DNA from: an uncultured virus (IMG/VR IMGVR_UViG_2061766007_000848)
Taxonomy: Duplodnaviria; Heunggongvirae; Uroviricota; Caudoviricetes
Virus record (IMG/VR): IMGVR_UViG_2061766007_000848
DNA length: 64,000 nucleotides
Direction: 5' to 3' (one strand)
Shown: positions 11,258 through 22,550 of the stretch, piece by piece
Position numbering within the stretch: position 1 is the stretch's first letter
Layout of the letters: each line of letters opens with the position of its first letter
The notes under the pieces: generated by a model
Databases searched by the model: none
What the model saw: only the letters and a program-made list of their open reading frames with translations
What the model was told of the DNA's origin: nothing
Made by a program: the position numbers and the translations under genes

Positions 11258-12947
11258 TTAAGAATTATTTGTGAATACAAAAATATCAGTCACATTATAA
11301 GGTAGTAAATACTTTTCAATAATATCTGTTATCTCCTCCGTAGAATTACTTGTATTGTTATTCCTGACGTATGAGAAGAATATTCGAGAACTTTGAATGA
11401 ATCCAAGACTCATCGAATTTTCCTTTCCGTTTCGCAACGGCAAAATATTAGTGCCTCTAACNNNNNNNNNNNNNNNNNNNNNNNNNNNNNNNNNAAATCG
11501 CAACCTCAGCCGATGTCGTTCCCGTCAGTTGAATCTTAGGTAGCATATATTTCACAAACGGATTGTTGAAATACAAGTTGTTTCCATACCCGATATTCGT
11601 TGGGGTGTTTTCGGTTGACGTTGTTGAATAGGCGTGTATGATTCCTCGAACAAAATACCAAATTCCAGACTTAACTTTATTCGTTTCCAATTGAAAGAAC
11701 GTTTCTGAAATTGAAAAGCCGTTTGGCGTAATAAACGAATCACTCAACTTATTCTTTAGATTATCAAAACCTTCAACGCCAAAAATCACCGACGAATTAG
11801 CACTGGCAGTTCCTGTTATCCTTAAAGCAAATGTGATTTCATAGTCCAAATTGCTATCGGCTACATAAAGGAAGTCTTCAGCATCCAGGCTGTCGCTCAC
11901 CCTACCTAAACCAACTGTTCCGCTTGAATTTACTTTTAGCCGCAAAACTTTTTTGCTATCTAAATTCTCTAAACTATAAGCCACGTTGCCTGTTTGGCTG
12001 ATAAAGAAGTTTGAAAGACTTTGAAAATCTTTCGTATTTTCTTTTGTTTTGTTAAGCAATTCAGCCATAGCGGTTCCCCGATAAAGCGGTGAGCATTGCC
12101 CCATACACCAACCTACTTTTTCAAGTGGCATATTTTCGTACAAAAGTTCATCACTTACCTTACTTCTGGTCAACCGAATAAATTCGCCATCGATAGGCAG
12201 TTCCTCACCGCTGGGTAGCGTGTAGCCCTTTCGCTTGAATATCATATCCGTTCCCCTTTGACGAATTTGGTCAAAGATATTTTGGGCTAAATACTGCAAG
12301 TCTTCCAGGGAAATATTTCCGTCATCGAAATAAATACCATATTGCCTTACTTGCTCAAGCATAAGGTCGTAGTCGTTTCGGAAATTTTCAAACCGCTTAA
12401 AGAAGCAAATGAACATGCTGTAAAACCTCGCCATTGAAAAGAAGAGGTCAACATAGTCCCTATCCTCATCGCTATCCACGTTATCACCCCTTGTAATGTA
12501 ATTCGGAACAATACCCCGAAAATACAACTTTTTGAAAATATTCCGCTCAAGCGTTTTCATTTCCTGGGTTCCGAACACTTTGTCGAAAATACTTGCGTCT
12601 ATGGTAGGGAAATTGAATTTTGACGTTTCGGTTGAACCTGTGAAATCAATGCTTTTGAAAGCAATAGTTCCCGTGGTATCAGTTCCTGTTCGGGTGTACC
12701 TTAATTGAATTGTAAATTCCCCATCAACCTGATAGCCTTCTGATGCGAGATTAGCAGCGGTTAGTTCCTTCCATTCGCTCCAAAAAACTTCATCGGGTGA
12801 AATACGAAATTCCTTTTGTAAAGTACGAGTGCTGGTTACCCCTTCAACGACGTCAGAAAAATCCGTAAGTTGAATATTTCCCGTCATTTTAGGCTTGACG
12901 TCTATAAGCAGAACGTCACCGATTGCGTTCAAAACATTATCCCTCAT
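11258..12947 (-). CDS. Baseplate wedge/structural protein
   Basis: IRQRGT wedge-like motif and C-terminal IIEKYLLPYNV. Joined across an N-gap. Confidence 0.6.
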
Positions 12948-13245
12948 CGTACACTAAATTTTCTTGTTCCTTGTCGTATTTGTTTGCGCTTTCGCCATCG
13001 GGCTCAATTATTAAGTTACCCTCTTCAGTAACGTTACCAACAGTTTCTCCAACATGCGATATCATCAATTCGCCCTCTATGCCCGAAGTGGTATCGATTA
13101 TCATAGGCTCTTCCAAAATTTGCGACTTATAAATTACTGGCGTTGTTGTTCCGTCTTCGTTCATATCCGAAAAACAGCTGATTTGAAATAAACCGCTGTT
13201 TTTTTCAACCTCCGTTATCGTTTTTACACTTACTTGCGTTTTCAT
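12937..13245 (-). CDS. Hypothetical baseplate-region protein
   Basis: 102 aa ORF coupled to both neighbours. Confidence 0.55.
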   Translation of the reverse strand: MKTQVSVKTITEVEKNSGLFQISCFSDMNEDGTTTPVIYKSQILEEPMIIDTTSGIEGELMISHVGETVGNVTEEGNLIIEPDGESANKYDKEQENLVYDEG

Positions 13246-13246
13246 A

Positions 13247-14452
13247 TCAAATAGTTGTTAAAACAGATGATTGGAACGAATAGTCGATTTCGTTTGGATA
13301 AAAGAATTGGCTCAACACCCCTCCGTTATCCTCGATGATATTGCCGTTCAAGTCGCGCATCACAAAGCCCCTAATTCGGGGGAGCCTATATTTTGGCACA
13401 TTGATATCGGCTTGCGGGANNNNNNNNNNNNNNNNNNNNNNNNNNNNNNNNNNNNNNNNNNNNNNNNNNNNNNNNNCAAAAAGCAAATTTTCCCACTCAA
13501 CCTTGTCCCCATATTTCCAGAACCGATAGTCGAATAATTTGGACATCTGAATTTGGATTTCCCTACGTACTTGGTCTTGGTCATAGGCTGGGTCAATATC
13601 GGCTCTAAACTCAACGTCAACGGGCAGCCAATCTACGTTGTTAAGTTTTAGCGCAAAATCGGTTGACGTTCTTAAAAGTTCCGACAATGAAAGATACTCT
13701 TCGGAACGACTCAAGATTTCATTGAATTCTGCGTCGGTGAAATTCTGGCCATTTACCGAAACGACTATCAGATTCAGTTTTCCGTTCTCATCAATTCCGC
13801 CCTTATACAGCCGTAAAACATTGTTATTTATTTTCATGAACACCTGCTCTAAATAGGAGAGGGTGGTACGGGAAAGTTGGTCTACACTATCCTTAATTCG
13901 TTGCCGGAACAGGTCATCATCTTCAGCGTCACGACCTCCTGTTGCCCGATATTCGTTTGTGCATGCTATATGGCCAGTTGGGATTGGATTGACTCTGTTT
14001 ATCGAAAGTGGGTCAACGTTGGTATCAAGCCCCTCCTGGTTGCAACGAACTTTTGCGTATGCGTAACCATTCACCCCAATAATTACATCCTCGTCTAAAG
14101 AAAAGGTCATGCCCGAAGTGCTAATGAAAGTGTGAACATCCCGGAAGTAAGTAGTTCCCTCGCTTGCTGAAATACGAATGTAAGTTGAACCAGCAGCAGC
14201 CCCAAAACGTGGAGCCACGCCACGAATAGCAGCTAATTTGTCCAAGTAAATTCCATAAGCCGTATCGGGAAAGATATGCCCCTCTACTACTGCTTGATTT
14301 ACTAAACATTTTTGACCTACCTTTGCAGCGCCATAGGCTATTCCGTTCAAAACTGAATCCTCTCCAACGTCGTTGATTTTATCGGTCTTGTTTAACAAGA
14401 TTTCCAAAAACATCAACTTCAATTCGTTAACAGGTGTTATCTTTGTAATCAT
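13247..14452 (-). CDS. Baseplate J-like wedge protein
   Basis: FPDTAYGIYLD.LA..RGV.PR and TN...ATGGRDAEDDDLFRQRI motifs typical of Baseplate_J. Confidence 0.88.
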   Translation of the reverse strand: MITKITPVNELKLMFLEILLNKTDKINDVGEDSVLNGIAYGAAKVGQKCLVNQAVVEGHIFPDTAYGIYLDKLAAIRGVAPRFGAAAGSTYIRISASEGTTYFRDVHTFISTSGMTFSLDEDVIIGVNGYAYAKVRCNQEGLDTNVDPLSINRVNPIPTGHIACTNEYRATGGRDAEDDDLFRQRIKDSVDQLSRTTLSYLEQVFMKINNNVLRLYKGGIDENGKLNLIVVSVNGQNFTDAEFNEILSRSEEYLSLSELLRTSTDFALKLNNVDWLPVDVEFRADIDPAYDQDQVRREIQIQMSKLFDYRFWKYGDKVEWENLLFXXXXXXXXXXXXXXXXXXXXPQADINVPKYRLPRIRGFVMRDLNGNIIEDNGGVLSQFFYPNEIDYSFQSSVLTTI

Positions 14453-15372
14453 AGCACTATTTTTTTCTCTGTTTTGTAATCGTATTTAGTTTTGATTTCA
14501 ACTGTGACCGTCATATTTCCATTATCATAGTTGAAATCTTTTATTACAGCGTATTCAAATAAATCGTTTTGCAAAAAGTTATTTTGAATATCGGCTACCA
14601 ATTCGGGATAGGCGAATGTTTTTGTATTCACTCCTGTTATAAGTTGGTAGTTCTTTCCAAATAGCATATTTTCGGGTACGTCGCCCCGATTCAATTCAAG
14701 TAGAATTTCGCACTTTTGTTCAACGTTATCCTGGAATTCAACTGTCAAAAGGTCGTTTGATTTGAATGTTAGTTTTTTCGCAATATCCTTTCCATAAATA
14801 CGCTTTCCGATAGGCTGGTCAAAAATAGTTGTTACAACTACGTCAACTTGATTATTCACCAAAACGTTTATTGGGGTCAAGTCATCGATTTCCCAATCCT
14901 TTTCATCCATATCGTTACTTAACATCAAGTCAACCCAATTCGAGTTATCCTGGTTTGTTTGCTTTATGGAGTTTGCTATATCCTCCATAGTTCTGTAACC
15001 ACCTACTGCGGCTGCCACCTGGATGTAAGGTTGATAGCCCCTTTTCGTTAGCGATGTTCTTCTGAATTTAGGTAGTTTGTTTATTTTTTCGATAGTTTCA
15101 TTCAATTCCTCAAGATATTCCATTAATTCCCAGTGCCCGCAGGTTGAAAACTTATTGGCGAAATTCTTGAATTGGGCCATTACGTTTTTGCATTCTGAAG
15201 TGAGTTGTTTTAAAAGCGTCAAGTGCAAATTATCTATTCCCGTTGTTTTGCCCGAAAAATAGCGGTCAATTTCGGGATACGAATTTAGCATGAAATCCCG
15301 ATAAGCCGTCAGAAAACTAACAAGCGGATATTTTGTTACTCTTTCAAAATCTAAAACAACCGAAGCAATCAT
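14449..15372 (-). CDS. Baseplate protein (sheath-initiator/gp25-like C-terminus)
   Basis: C-terminal DLLTV...NVEQ...IL...RGDVP...FG resembles the gp25 family; directly upstream of baseplate J. Confidence 0.6.
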   Translation of the reverse strand: MIASVVLDFERVTKYPLVSFLTAYRDFMLNSYPEIDRYFSGKTTGIDNLHLTLLKQLTSECKNVMAQFKNFANKFSTCGHWELMEYLEELNETIEKINKLPKFRRTSLTKRGYQPYIQVAAAVGGYRTMEDIANSIKQTNQDNSNWVDLMLSNDMDEKDWEIDDLTPINVLVNNQVDVVVTTIFDQPIGKRIYGKDIAKKLTFKSNDLLTVEFQDNVEQKCEILLELNRGDVPENMLFGKNYQLITGVNTKTFAYPELVADIQNNFLQNDLFEYAVIKDFNYDNGNMTVTVEIKTKYDYKTEKKIVL

Positions 15373-15374
15373 AC

Positions 15375-16187
15375 TTAAAATATTTTATCCCTAATCAATC
15401 CGTCCATTTCATTAAGTCCGCCAACCTCACTTCGCAAGCCGTAAGTTGACCGCCAAACATCGGTCAAAACGTTTTGTATGCCTTTTGCAATAGCCCCCGA
15501 TGCTACGGACTTTAAAAATTTAGCATTTTGTTCTTGCTGACTTTTCACTACATCGGCTGGGGCGATGGCTTTCATTTCCAAAGAATAGTACCAAAGCATA
15601 TTATTTTCCAGGCTCTGAGAAAAGGAACTCTGCATCACCTCGACTACGTAATGTGTATTCAGCGCATAATTATTGAAAAGTAAAATGCAAGGCTTTTTTT
15701 GGTCATCGAGTTGCGATGAAGCGTCAACCATCTTTTTCAGCATTTTCGTAAGACCATAACCTGTTTTGATTAGTACGTCGCCATCCATTACGTCAAAGCC
15801 TAAATTGCCCCCGAAATAAGGTATCACCGAAACGTTTTCAACTTCTTTCATTCCAAGAATAAGTCGAAATTTGCGTCCAAACGTACCCTGGATTGAAATG
15901 TCTCGTGGAACAAAACTGCTATTGAATAAAGTTGAAATCCCCTTATTAGTTTTGGTTATAGTAGCAATTTGGGTTTTACTTTCCATTATATTATTCGGCA
16001 TAATCACGAAAGTCATGAAGCCCTTGGTTGTCTTGTTGCTATCGAGCAACTCCAAAGAACACATATAGTATTCAAAGTCATCCGGAGCCAACGTATGCAA
16101 GGCTGCTTTTCCTATTGTAGCGCCTATCTCACGAACGTTTTCGACAACGCTGTTTATTGAACTTCCTAATATTTGATTAATCGCCAT
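15375..16187 (-). CDS. Baseplate/tube-initiator-like protein
   Basis: FVIMP..I, TKT..G, ISIQGTFG and WYYSLEM motifs; position in the baseplate cluster. Confidence 0.55.
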   Translation of the reverse strand: MAINQILGSSINSVVENVREIGATIGKAALHTLAPDDFEYYMCSLELLDSNKTTKGFMTFVIMPNNIMESKTQIATITKTNKGISTLFNSSFVPRDISIQGTFGRKFRLILGMKEVENVSVIPYFGGNLGFDVMDGDVLIKTGYGLTKMLKKMVDASSQLDDQKKPCILLFNNYALNTHYVVEVMQSSFSQSLENNMLWYYSLEMKAIAPADVVKSQQEQNAKFLKSVASGAIAKGIQNVLTDVWRSTYGLRSEVGGLNEMDGLIRDKIF

Positions 16188-16242
16188 TTTTAGTTATTTT
16201 ATCACTATAATAACTGCCGAAATGTATAATTTTTCAAAGCGT

Positions 16243-19200
16243 TTAAGCCGTTGCCAAATTCCAATTCTTGCCGCTTACAATCCCTTGTATTGTTGCTTGT
16301 TCGGCACTACTTAAAGCATTCCAAGCAACCGCACGAATAGTGATGGTTTGCGTTGATTGTCCACTCATATCCTTCAGCCAATTAGCCACATTAACGAATG
16401 ATGTGTAGTTTAGCGTAGGTGCGTGAAAATCAAACGAAACACCGATGCCATTTGCGGCTGATGTCCAATTCACAACGCTATTGCCGTAATTGCCGTTGAA
16501 AAAGTTAGCATTGGCGGTTGTGGTAATACTCTCAAATGTTGCTAATGGTATGTAAATGGTTGTTAATTGTGCGTTATTAAATTGGCTAAAAATTCCGAAT
16601 GCATTGGTAACTAATGCAAATGTTGCATTCGGCAAAGAAAGTGTTTGAAGATTGGTAAGCACATTAAACATTAACCTTGCATTTGTCAACTTGGCAAATG
16701 TAGCACTATTCATATTCAAAGATGTTAGTGCGCTACAAGTTTGCAGCATATTCTGCGCAGATGTAAGTTCACCGAATGTGGCAATGCTACAATCTAATGA
16801 TTGCAATGCAGTACAACTTGTAAACATATTGTCTGCATTGGTTAGTGCCGCAAATGTTTGATTGCTTAAATCTAACGATGTTAACGATGTGCAACCTTGC
16901 ATCATTGCTCTTGCATTTGTCAGCGAAGTGAGATTAACTCGAAAAACTTTTTGGAAATAAGTGTTTGTTAGTAATTTACATCCATAAAACATTCCGCTTC
17001 CGCCCGTACTTTGTAAATTAGCAAAATTTAGGTTTGTGTGCCAATTAATTGTTGTTAATTTCGCATCATTGTAAAACATATTGTCTGCATTGGTAGCCGC
17101 AGAAAATGTTGCCGCAGATAAATCGACATTTTCAAGCAAATAGCAAGCGTTGAACATTCCGCTTATGTTAGCACAACTCGCAAATGTTGCCGCAGACAAG
17201 TAGATATTTTTTATTTTTTCGGTTAATAAAAACATATTAGCCGCAGTTGTTGCGTTAGCAAATGTAGCACTTGACAAATCTAAACTTGTCAAATTTGTGC
17301 ATCGGTTAAATAATGAAAATGCAGTACCCGCACTTGCAAATGTCGCATTATGCAGATTTAACGTTGTTATGTTACTGCAACCATAAAACATTGAACCACA
17401 ATTCACAAGATTGGCAAACGTTGTATTGCTATTAAAAGTGATTGTCGATGCCTTGCAATTGTAAAACATTTGTTGTGCATTTTGTAATAATGGAAATGTT
17501 GTTGCCGTCAAATCAATATTCGCATCAACATTTGTAAACATATCTTGTGCAATTGTTAATTTATCAAATGTTGCGCTTGATAAATCAATAGTCGCTGCTT
17601 TACAAGCATGAAACATCGTTTGCGCAGTTTTCAATTCAGCAAATGTGATATTACCCAAATCTAATGATGCCAATGATGGCAAACTCGCAAACGCACTCGT
17701 TGCCGTTTCTAATACTGCAAATGTTGCATTTTGTAATGATAACGTTTGAAGATTTGTCATTCCGTTGAATGCTTGTAAGATAGTATTTGTTTTTGAGCAA
17801 TCTTCGGTAATTTCTATTGCGGTTATAGTCGCATTGTTAAGAAATGTTCGATATAACGAATAAATTTTTTTATTTCGATAAGAATATTCCCAATCACCAT
17901 TACCATCCACCGCACAAGTGATAGTTTCTGCCGCAGATGGTGACAATGCGCCATCGTTAATGAATTGAATTGTAAATGTTTCTGCGCCGTTAACGTTGGT
18001 CGATGTACCACGAATATAGTAAGTTCTTTGTACCGCATTGCAAGCCCAGTTCTTTGTTAAACAAATATTGAATATTGTTGTTTGTTGTGCTTCGGTAATG
18101 CTTTCCCACGCAGCCGTTTGGAACGTAATTGTATGACCAGTTCCGCCGCTTAAATCTTTAAGCCAATTTGCAGCACTTAACATAGATTGATAAGTCAACG
18201 GACAATCTGTTAATAAAACATCGGCATCAGCAAATGCTTTACTATTAGAAGGAACGACTAATGTAGTCAATGCGTTACAACCTAACAACCATCGTAATGC
18301 ATCAGTATTTACCGATTCAAATGTTGCACTATCTAAACGGAGTTCTGTCATTCGGGAACACTGGGCAAACATTCCGTGATTTATAGTTCCCGTTCCCGAT
18401 ATTGCCGTCACTAAATCGAATTTAGCACTTCGTAAGTCTATTTTCAGAACATTGGTACAATTATTGAATGCGCCATATCTATTTTGTGCTAATACCGATG
18501 TAAGTGAATCAAAGGTTTGCGAATGTAAATCTATTTCGGTTAGAGCAGAACACCATGCAAACATTAAACCTATATCCGTTAACTGATTAAAATTAGCATG
18601 ATTCATATGAATCTCTTGCAATGCCACGCAATAATAAAACATTCCGCCAACGCTCGTTAATGGAACATCAAAAATACAATCCTCAAAATTGACTGTTTTT
18701 AATTTTTGGTCAGCATAGAAAAATCCACTAAAATTACCGAAAGTAAAATGCGTTCCTTGAGCAAAGATAACATGCTCCAAGTTAGTACACTGTCTGAATG
18801 GGGAATAATTTATTCCGTGCATTGAAACGCATTTTTCCATTGTATCAGTAAATTCAACAGATTTTATATTCGCCTTTGTAGCAAAAAAATCTTCTTTTAT
18901 TTGATAAATCTGTTTTCCATGGTATGAAAATTCCCAATTTCCGTTTGCATCAACTGACGCTGTTTCAGTTGTCGGCGAATCAGGTGTTAATTGTCCATCT
19001 CGAATATATTGAATATTGAAAGTTTCGGTTCCATTTACATTGCTGGATATTCCTCTTACATAATATACTGAAGAAACGGCATTTGTATCCCATCCCTTCA
19101 AATCTGCGGCTTGAATTATATTGATTTGTTCTGAATATGAAAAACTATTCCAGGTCGTCGAATTAAACATAATGGTATGCGTTCCCGATGGATAATAATA

Positions 19201-21135
19201 CAGCCCCCCGATAATATCAATCATTTCAGCATACGTTATCAAAGGACTATCTTCCAAACTTACATCTGGTTTCCAATAATTGGTTGGGATTGTTAAGTTC
19301 GTCAATGCCGAACAACCGCTGAAAGCATTTGAAGCCGATGCTATGTTTAATAGGTTGCAGTTTGTAAAATCGACTGAAGTCAAAGCCGTGCAACCGCTAA
19401 AAGCCGATGCTAAACTTGTTACCCCCGATAATCCATCTGAACCCGAAAAGTCGATAGTCTGGACATGCGTATCATTAGCAAACGAAATACTTGAAAGCGT
19501 GTTCTGATATCCGTAATTCCAAACCCCACTTACAACAGGAACTGTAACCGCTGTTCCATCTACTGTGATATTTACAATCGAACCATTTGATGTTCCGCTT
19601 ATGTTGTATCTTGAACCTACGTTAAGTTGCCATCCCTTTGCCGTTGCCCTTGCTATAATAGAGTCCTGGTCTGCGTGCGATATTCTCCCCCACATTATTT
19701 GATTTGGAGTGATTACATGGTCGCCTGAACTATATGAGAAAAGGAAGTTATCTATCAAACTTTCCAGACTGGCTTGCGTTAAGTCCCCACAATCGGAAAA
19801 GTCCAAGTCAGGTTTCCAACTTTCTGAATTCGGACAAGTTAGCGTTGTAAGAGAAACACAACCCGCAAACATATCCGTTGCACTAATTACCGCTCCGAAT
19901 GTTTTATTTGCAAAATCAACGGCAATAAGTTCAACGCAATTCTTGAAAAGTTCATCGCACGATACAAGCCCGATTAAACTATCGCTATCGTAAAATGAAA
20001 CGCTAACAATATTTGCGGCTCTGAAATCAAGCGTTTGAATCGGTTCTTTGTATTTGAATTCATACGCATGGTCAGAACCTACTTGATAAGTATATAGTTC
20101 TCCATTCAACTCGATAACAATAGTTCCTTGGAGTGCGGCGCCTGTTATCATGTAGTGGAATCCTTCAAGACGAGTTACTCTTTCATCTAAATCTTCCAAA
20201 AATTCCTTAACTTCAGCACAGCAGTCATAAACTGCCTTTGCCGATGGATATTGAGCATCCGTATTTTGCGGTGAAAGAACTGTTACCTTATTTCCTTGAA
20301 CCTCGACATTCGGTTTATTCAAAATTTGTGAGACGCCCGAATTTGAATTCCAATCCGAATTTACTTGCGCAGCGGGAATAGTCGGCTTATTTGAAAGGTC
20401 GTTATAACTACCACTGAAAGCCACCGAAGCAAGGTCTGCAATACGAGCAAACACATTCGACAAAGCCTGAAGGCTATCGTACAGCAACTTTGCACTTGGA
20501 TATTCATTATCCGTGCTTTGGGCGCTAATCGATGTGACTTTATTTATTTTCAATTCGTACCCCGATAAATCAACGGCAGTGCTACCAATATGTTCCCATG
20601 CGTTATTTGAATAAATATATTCATCGTAAATATTTTGTTGCTGAGCCGTTGACGACGGAACCAAATAAATTACATTAGTTTGAATATCCGTAGTCGGCAG
20701 CGTGGCCACAACTACGAACGACACTGTGGAAATTGATGCTATTAGATTATCAACCTCTGTTTTGGTATAGGTGTTAGCCTTCGCCGCATAAACGTTTGCG
20801 AGTGCTTGTAAACTATCGTACAACAATTTTGCCGTTGGATATTGCACATCAGTGCTTTGAGCCGAAATTGAAATCACCTTATTTATTACCTTTTCAAAAA
20901 CGCTCAAGTCAATACTACCTATTTTTCCAGCAAGTTGTTCGTTTATAGTCTTTTGGTCATATTGGCCAGTTCCTTCCATTACATCGGACATAGCCGTATT
21001 TTGTTCAACCGCATCCCAAACGTCATCGGCATAAGCAATAGGATATCCGTCTGGGTTTGCCGTTGTAAACGACAAGGCCATGTTGGTTTGAGTTGCCTTT
21101 GTTGTACTTGGATTTTTCGGTGTTGGTGCTGCCAT
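16243..21135 (-). CDS. Large tail fibre / receptor-binding protein with BspA/DUF285-like 26-aa LRR modules
   Basis: Likely start MAAPTPK at 21135 after an A-rich spacer. N-terminal fibre repeats (KVTSISAQSTD.QYPSAKLLYD), then many L..LDLS.ATFA....A..MF..C repeats. Confidence 0.8.
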   Translation of the reverse strand: MAAPTPKNPSTTKATQTNMALSFTTANPDGYPIAYADDVWDAVEQNTAMSDVMEGTGQYDQKTINEQLAGKIGSIDLSVFEKVINKVISISAQSTDVQYPTAKLLYDSLQALANVYAAKANTYTKTEVDNLIASISTVSFVVVATLPTTDIQTNVIYLVPSSTAQQQNIYDEYIYSNNAWEHIGSTAVDLSGYELKINKVTSISAQSTDNEYPSAKLLYDSLQALSNVFARIADLASVAFSGSYNDLSNKPTIPAAQVNSDWNSNSGVSQILNKPNVEVQGNKVTVLSPQNTDAQYPSAKAVYDCCAEVKEFLEDLDERVTRLEGFHYMITGAALQGTIVIELNGELYTYQVGSDHAYEFKYKEPIQTLDFRAANIVSVSFYDSDSLIGLVSCDELFKNCVELIAVDFANKTFGAVISATDMFAGCVSLTTLTCPNSESWKPDLDFSDCGDLTQASLESLIDNFLFSYSSGDHVITPNQIMWGRISHADQDSIIARATAKGWQLNVGSRYNISGTSNGSIVNITVDGTAVTVPVVSGVWNYGYQNTLSSISFANDTHVQTIDFSGSDGLSGVTSLASAFSGCTALTSVDFTNCNLLNIASASNAFSGCSALTNLTIPTNYWKPDVSLEDSPLITYAEMIDIIGGLYYYPSGTHTIMFNSTTWNSFSYSEQINIIQAADLKGWDTNAVSSVYYVRGISSNVNGTETFNIQYIRDGQLTPDSPTTETASVDANGNWEFSYHGKQIYQIKEDFFATKANIKSVEFTDTMEKCVSMHGINYSPFRQCTNLEHVIFAQGTHFTFGNFSGFFYADQKLKTVNFEDCIFDVPLTSVGGMFYYCVALQEIHMNHANFNQLTDIGLMFAWCSALTEIDLHSQTFDSLTSVLAQNRYGAFNNCTNVLKIDLRSAKFDLVTAISGTGTINHGMFAQCSRMTELRLDSATFESVNTDALRWLLGCNALTTLVVPSNSKAFADADVLLTDCPLTYQSMLSAANWLKDLSGGTGHTITFQTAAWESITEAQQTTIFNICLTKNWACNAVQRTYYIRGTSTNVNGAETFTIQFINDGALSPSAAETITCAVDGNGDWEYSYRNKKIYSLYRTFLNNATITAIEITEDCSKTNTILQAFNGMTNLQTLSLQNATFAVLETATSAFASLPSLASLDLGNITFAELKTAQTMFHACKAATIDLSSATFDKLTIAQDMFTNVDANIDLTATTFPLLQNAQQMFYNCKASTITFNSNTTFANLVNCGSMFYGCSNITTLNLHNATFASAGTAFSLFNRCTNLTSLDLSSATFANATTAANMFLLTEKIKNIYLSAATFASCANISGMFNACYLLENVDLSAATFSAATNADNMFYNDAKLTTINWHTNLNFANLQSTGGSGMFYGCKLLTNTYFQKVFRVNLTSLTNARAMMQGCTSLTSLDLSNQTFAALTNADNMFTSCTALQSLDCSIATFGELTSAQNMLQTCSALTSLNMNSATFAKLTNARLMFNVLTNLQTLSLPNATFALVTNAFGIFSQFNNAQLTTIYIPLATFESITTTANANFFNGNYGNSVVNWTSAANGIGVSFDFHAPTLNYTSFVNVANWLKDMSGQSTQTITIRAVAWNALSSAEQATIQGIVSGKNWNLATA

Positions 21136-21159
21136 ATCTTTTATATGTTGATTGTTNNN

Positions 21160-22547
21160 NNNNNNNNNNNCGCCTGCTGCGCAGTTGAGCGTTGATATAT
21201 AAAGATTATATCCCGTCATTGTGATTGACGGATTTTGTGTACTTGTAAAAGATTTGTTTGGTATCGGTGCATTCAAAATCGTAGAACCTAATTGGGTTGC
21301 CGTTGCTGTAGATTTTGTCAAAATCCAATAATAGGCTACGCCACCAGTATTGTTTACTAAATCAGCAACTTGTTGCAACCTTGTGGTTCTTCGGGTGAGC
21401 GTTCCTATCACACTTGCTAATTGCGCCTGGTCATTAGTCGTAGCAAAGCCGTAGAAAATAGGATTGATTGCGGAAATATTCTTTTGAGCCGAATTTTTTG
21501 CAACTGTAATGCCCTCGAATTGTCCACTGGTTGGCGTGTAAGAAAATTCGGCTGCGGCTACAGAACCGCTTGCGCCNNNNNNNNNNNNNNNNNNNNNNNN
21601 NNNNNNNNNNNNNNNNNNNNNNNNNNNNNNNNNNNNNNNNNNNNNNNNNNNNNNNNNNNNNNNNNNNNNNNNNNNNNNNNNNNNNNNNNNNNNNNNNNNN
21701 NNNNNNNNNNNNNNNNNNCTAAATCGTACAACTCATCTCTCATTTTTTGCATAACCCAATTATATGGCGCATTAAGTTTTTGGCTGCTCCAGGTTGTTTC
21801 AGTTGAAACAATGTCGTCGTCAATTACCTTTGATGTTCCGATTATTTCCCAAGCGCCATTTATGTAAACATACTCTTCATATATGTTTCCTTCGGGAGCA
21901 TCTTCAATTGGAAGCAAATAAATTGTATCTGTTTCACCCTCTTCGGGAAGTTCTGCGACAATTTCAAACTTTACGCCAGGAATTGATTCTATAAGTCTAT
22001 CAACCTCTTCTTTGGTATAGGTCTTGCTGACATCGGCTTTTAGTTTCAACTGGTCATAAAGTAACTTCGCCGACGGATATTCTTCATCGGTGCTCAAAAG
22101 TGAAATTTCCGTTACCTTGTTAGCAACTTTTTCATAGCCCGATAAATCCTGATAAGTCGCTCCAAGCAATTCCCACTTTTCGTTCAAATAATAATATTCG
22201 TCATAGCGGTTGTTCAACCCTGGATGAAGCGTTGGAACGCAATAAATTGTATCGGTTGAAATTTCTTCAGTAGGTAGTTGTTTTACAACTTCAAAATGAA
22301 GCGTTGCTATGGTTACCAATGCCTCGTAAACCGCCTTGGCGCTTGGATATTGGATATGGGTGCTCTCCGAATTTATGGCTGTTACCTTATTAGCCAAAGC
22401 CTCACAAACTTCCAAAATAGCCTTTGCGACATTATTGGAAAAATTTTGCTTGACCTCGTTGGAATCAGATTTATTATCTATCGGAGCGTCAAGTGCTGCT
22501 TTTATTCGCGCACTCAGAATTTCTTCAGGTTTCAATTCATCAGCCAT
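21160..22547 (-). CDS. Tail fibre (proximal) protein
   Basis: Shares KVT.I...ST..QYPSAK..Y and FE.V..LP.....TIY..P.....YDEY.Y.N..WE repeats with the downstream fibre. Reads on after the N-gap (GASGSVAAAEF...STLNCAAG); stop probably in the gap near 21160. Confidence 0.65.
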
Positions 22548-22550
22548 ATT

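Noticed and set aside
16243..21135. Diversity-generating retroelement or invertase-driven switching of the LRR fibre
   Set aside because: I saw no reverse transcriptase, template repeat, recombinase or inverted cassette in the window.
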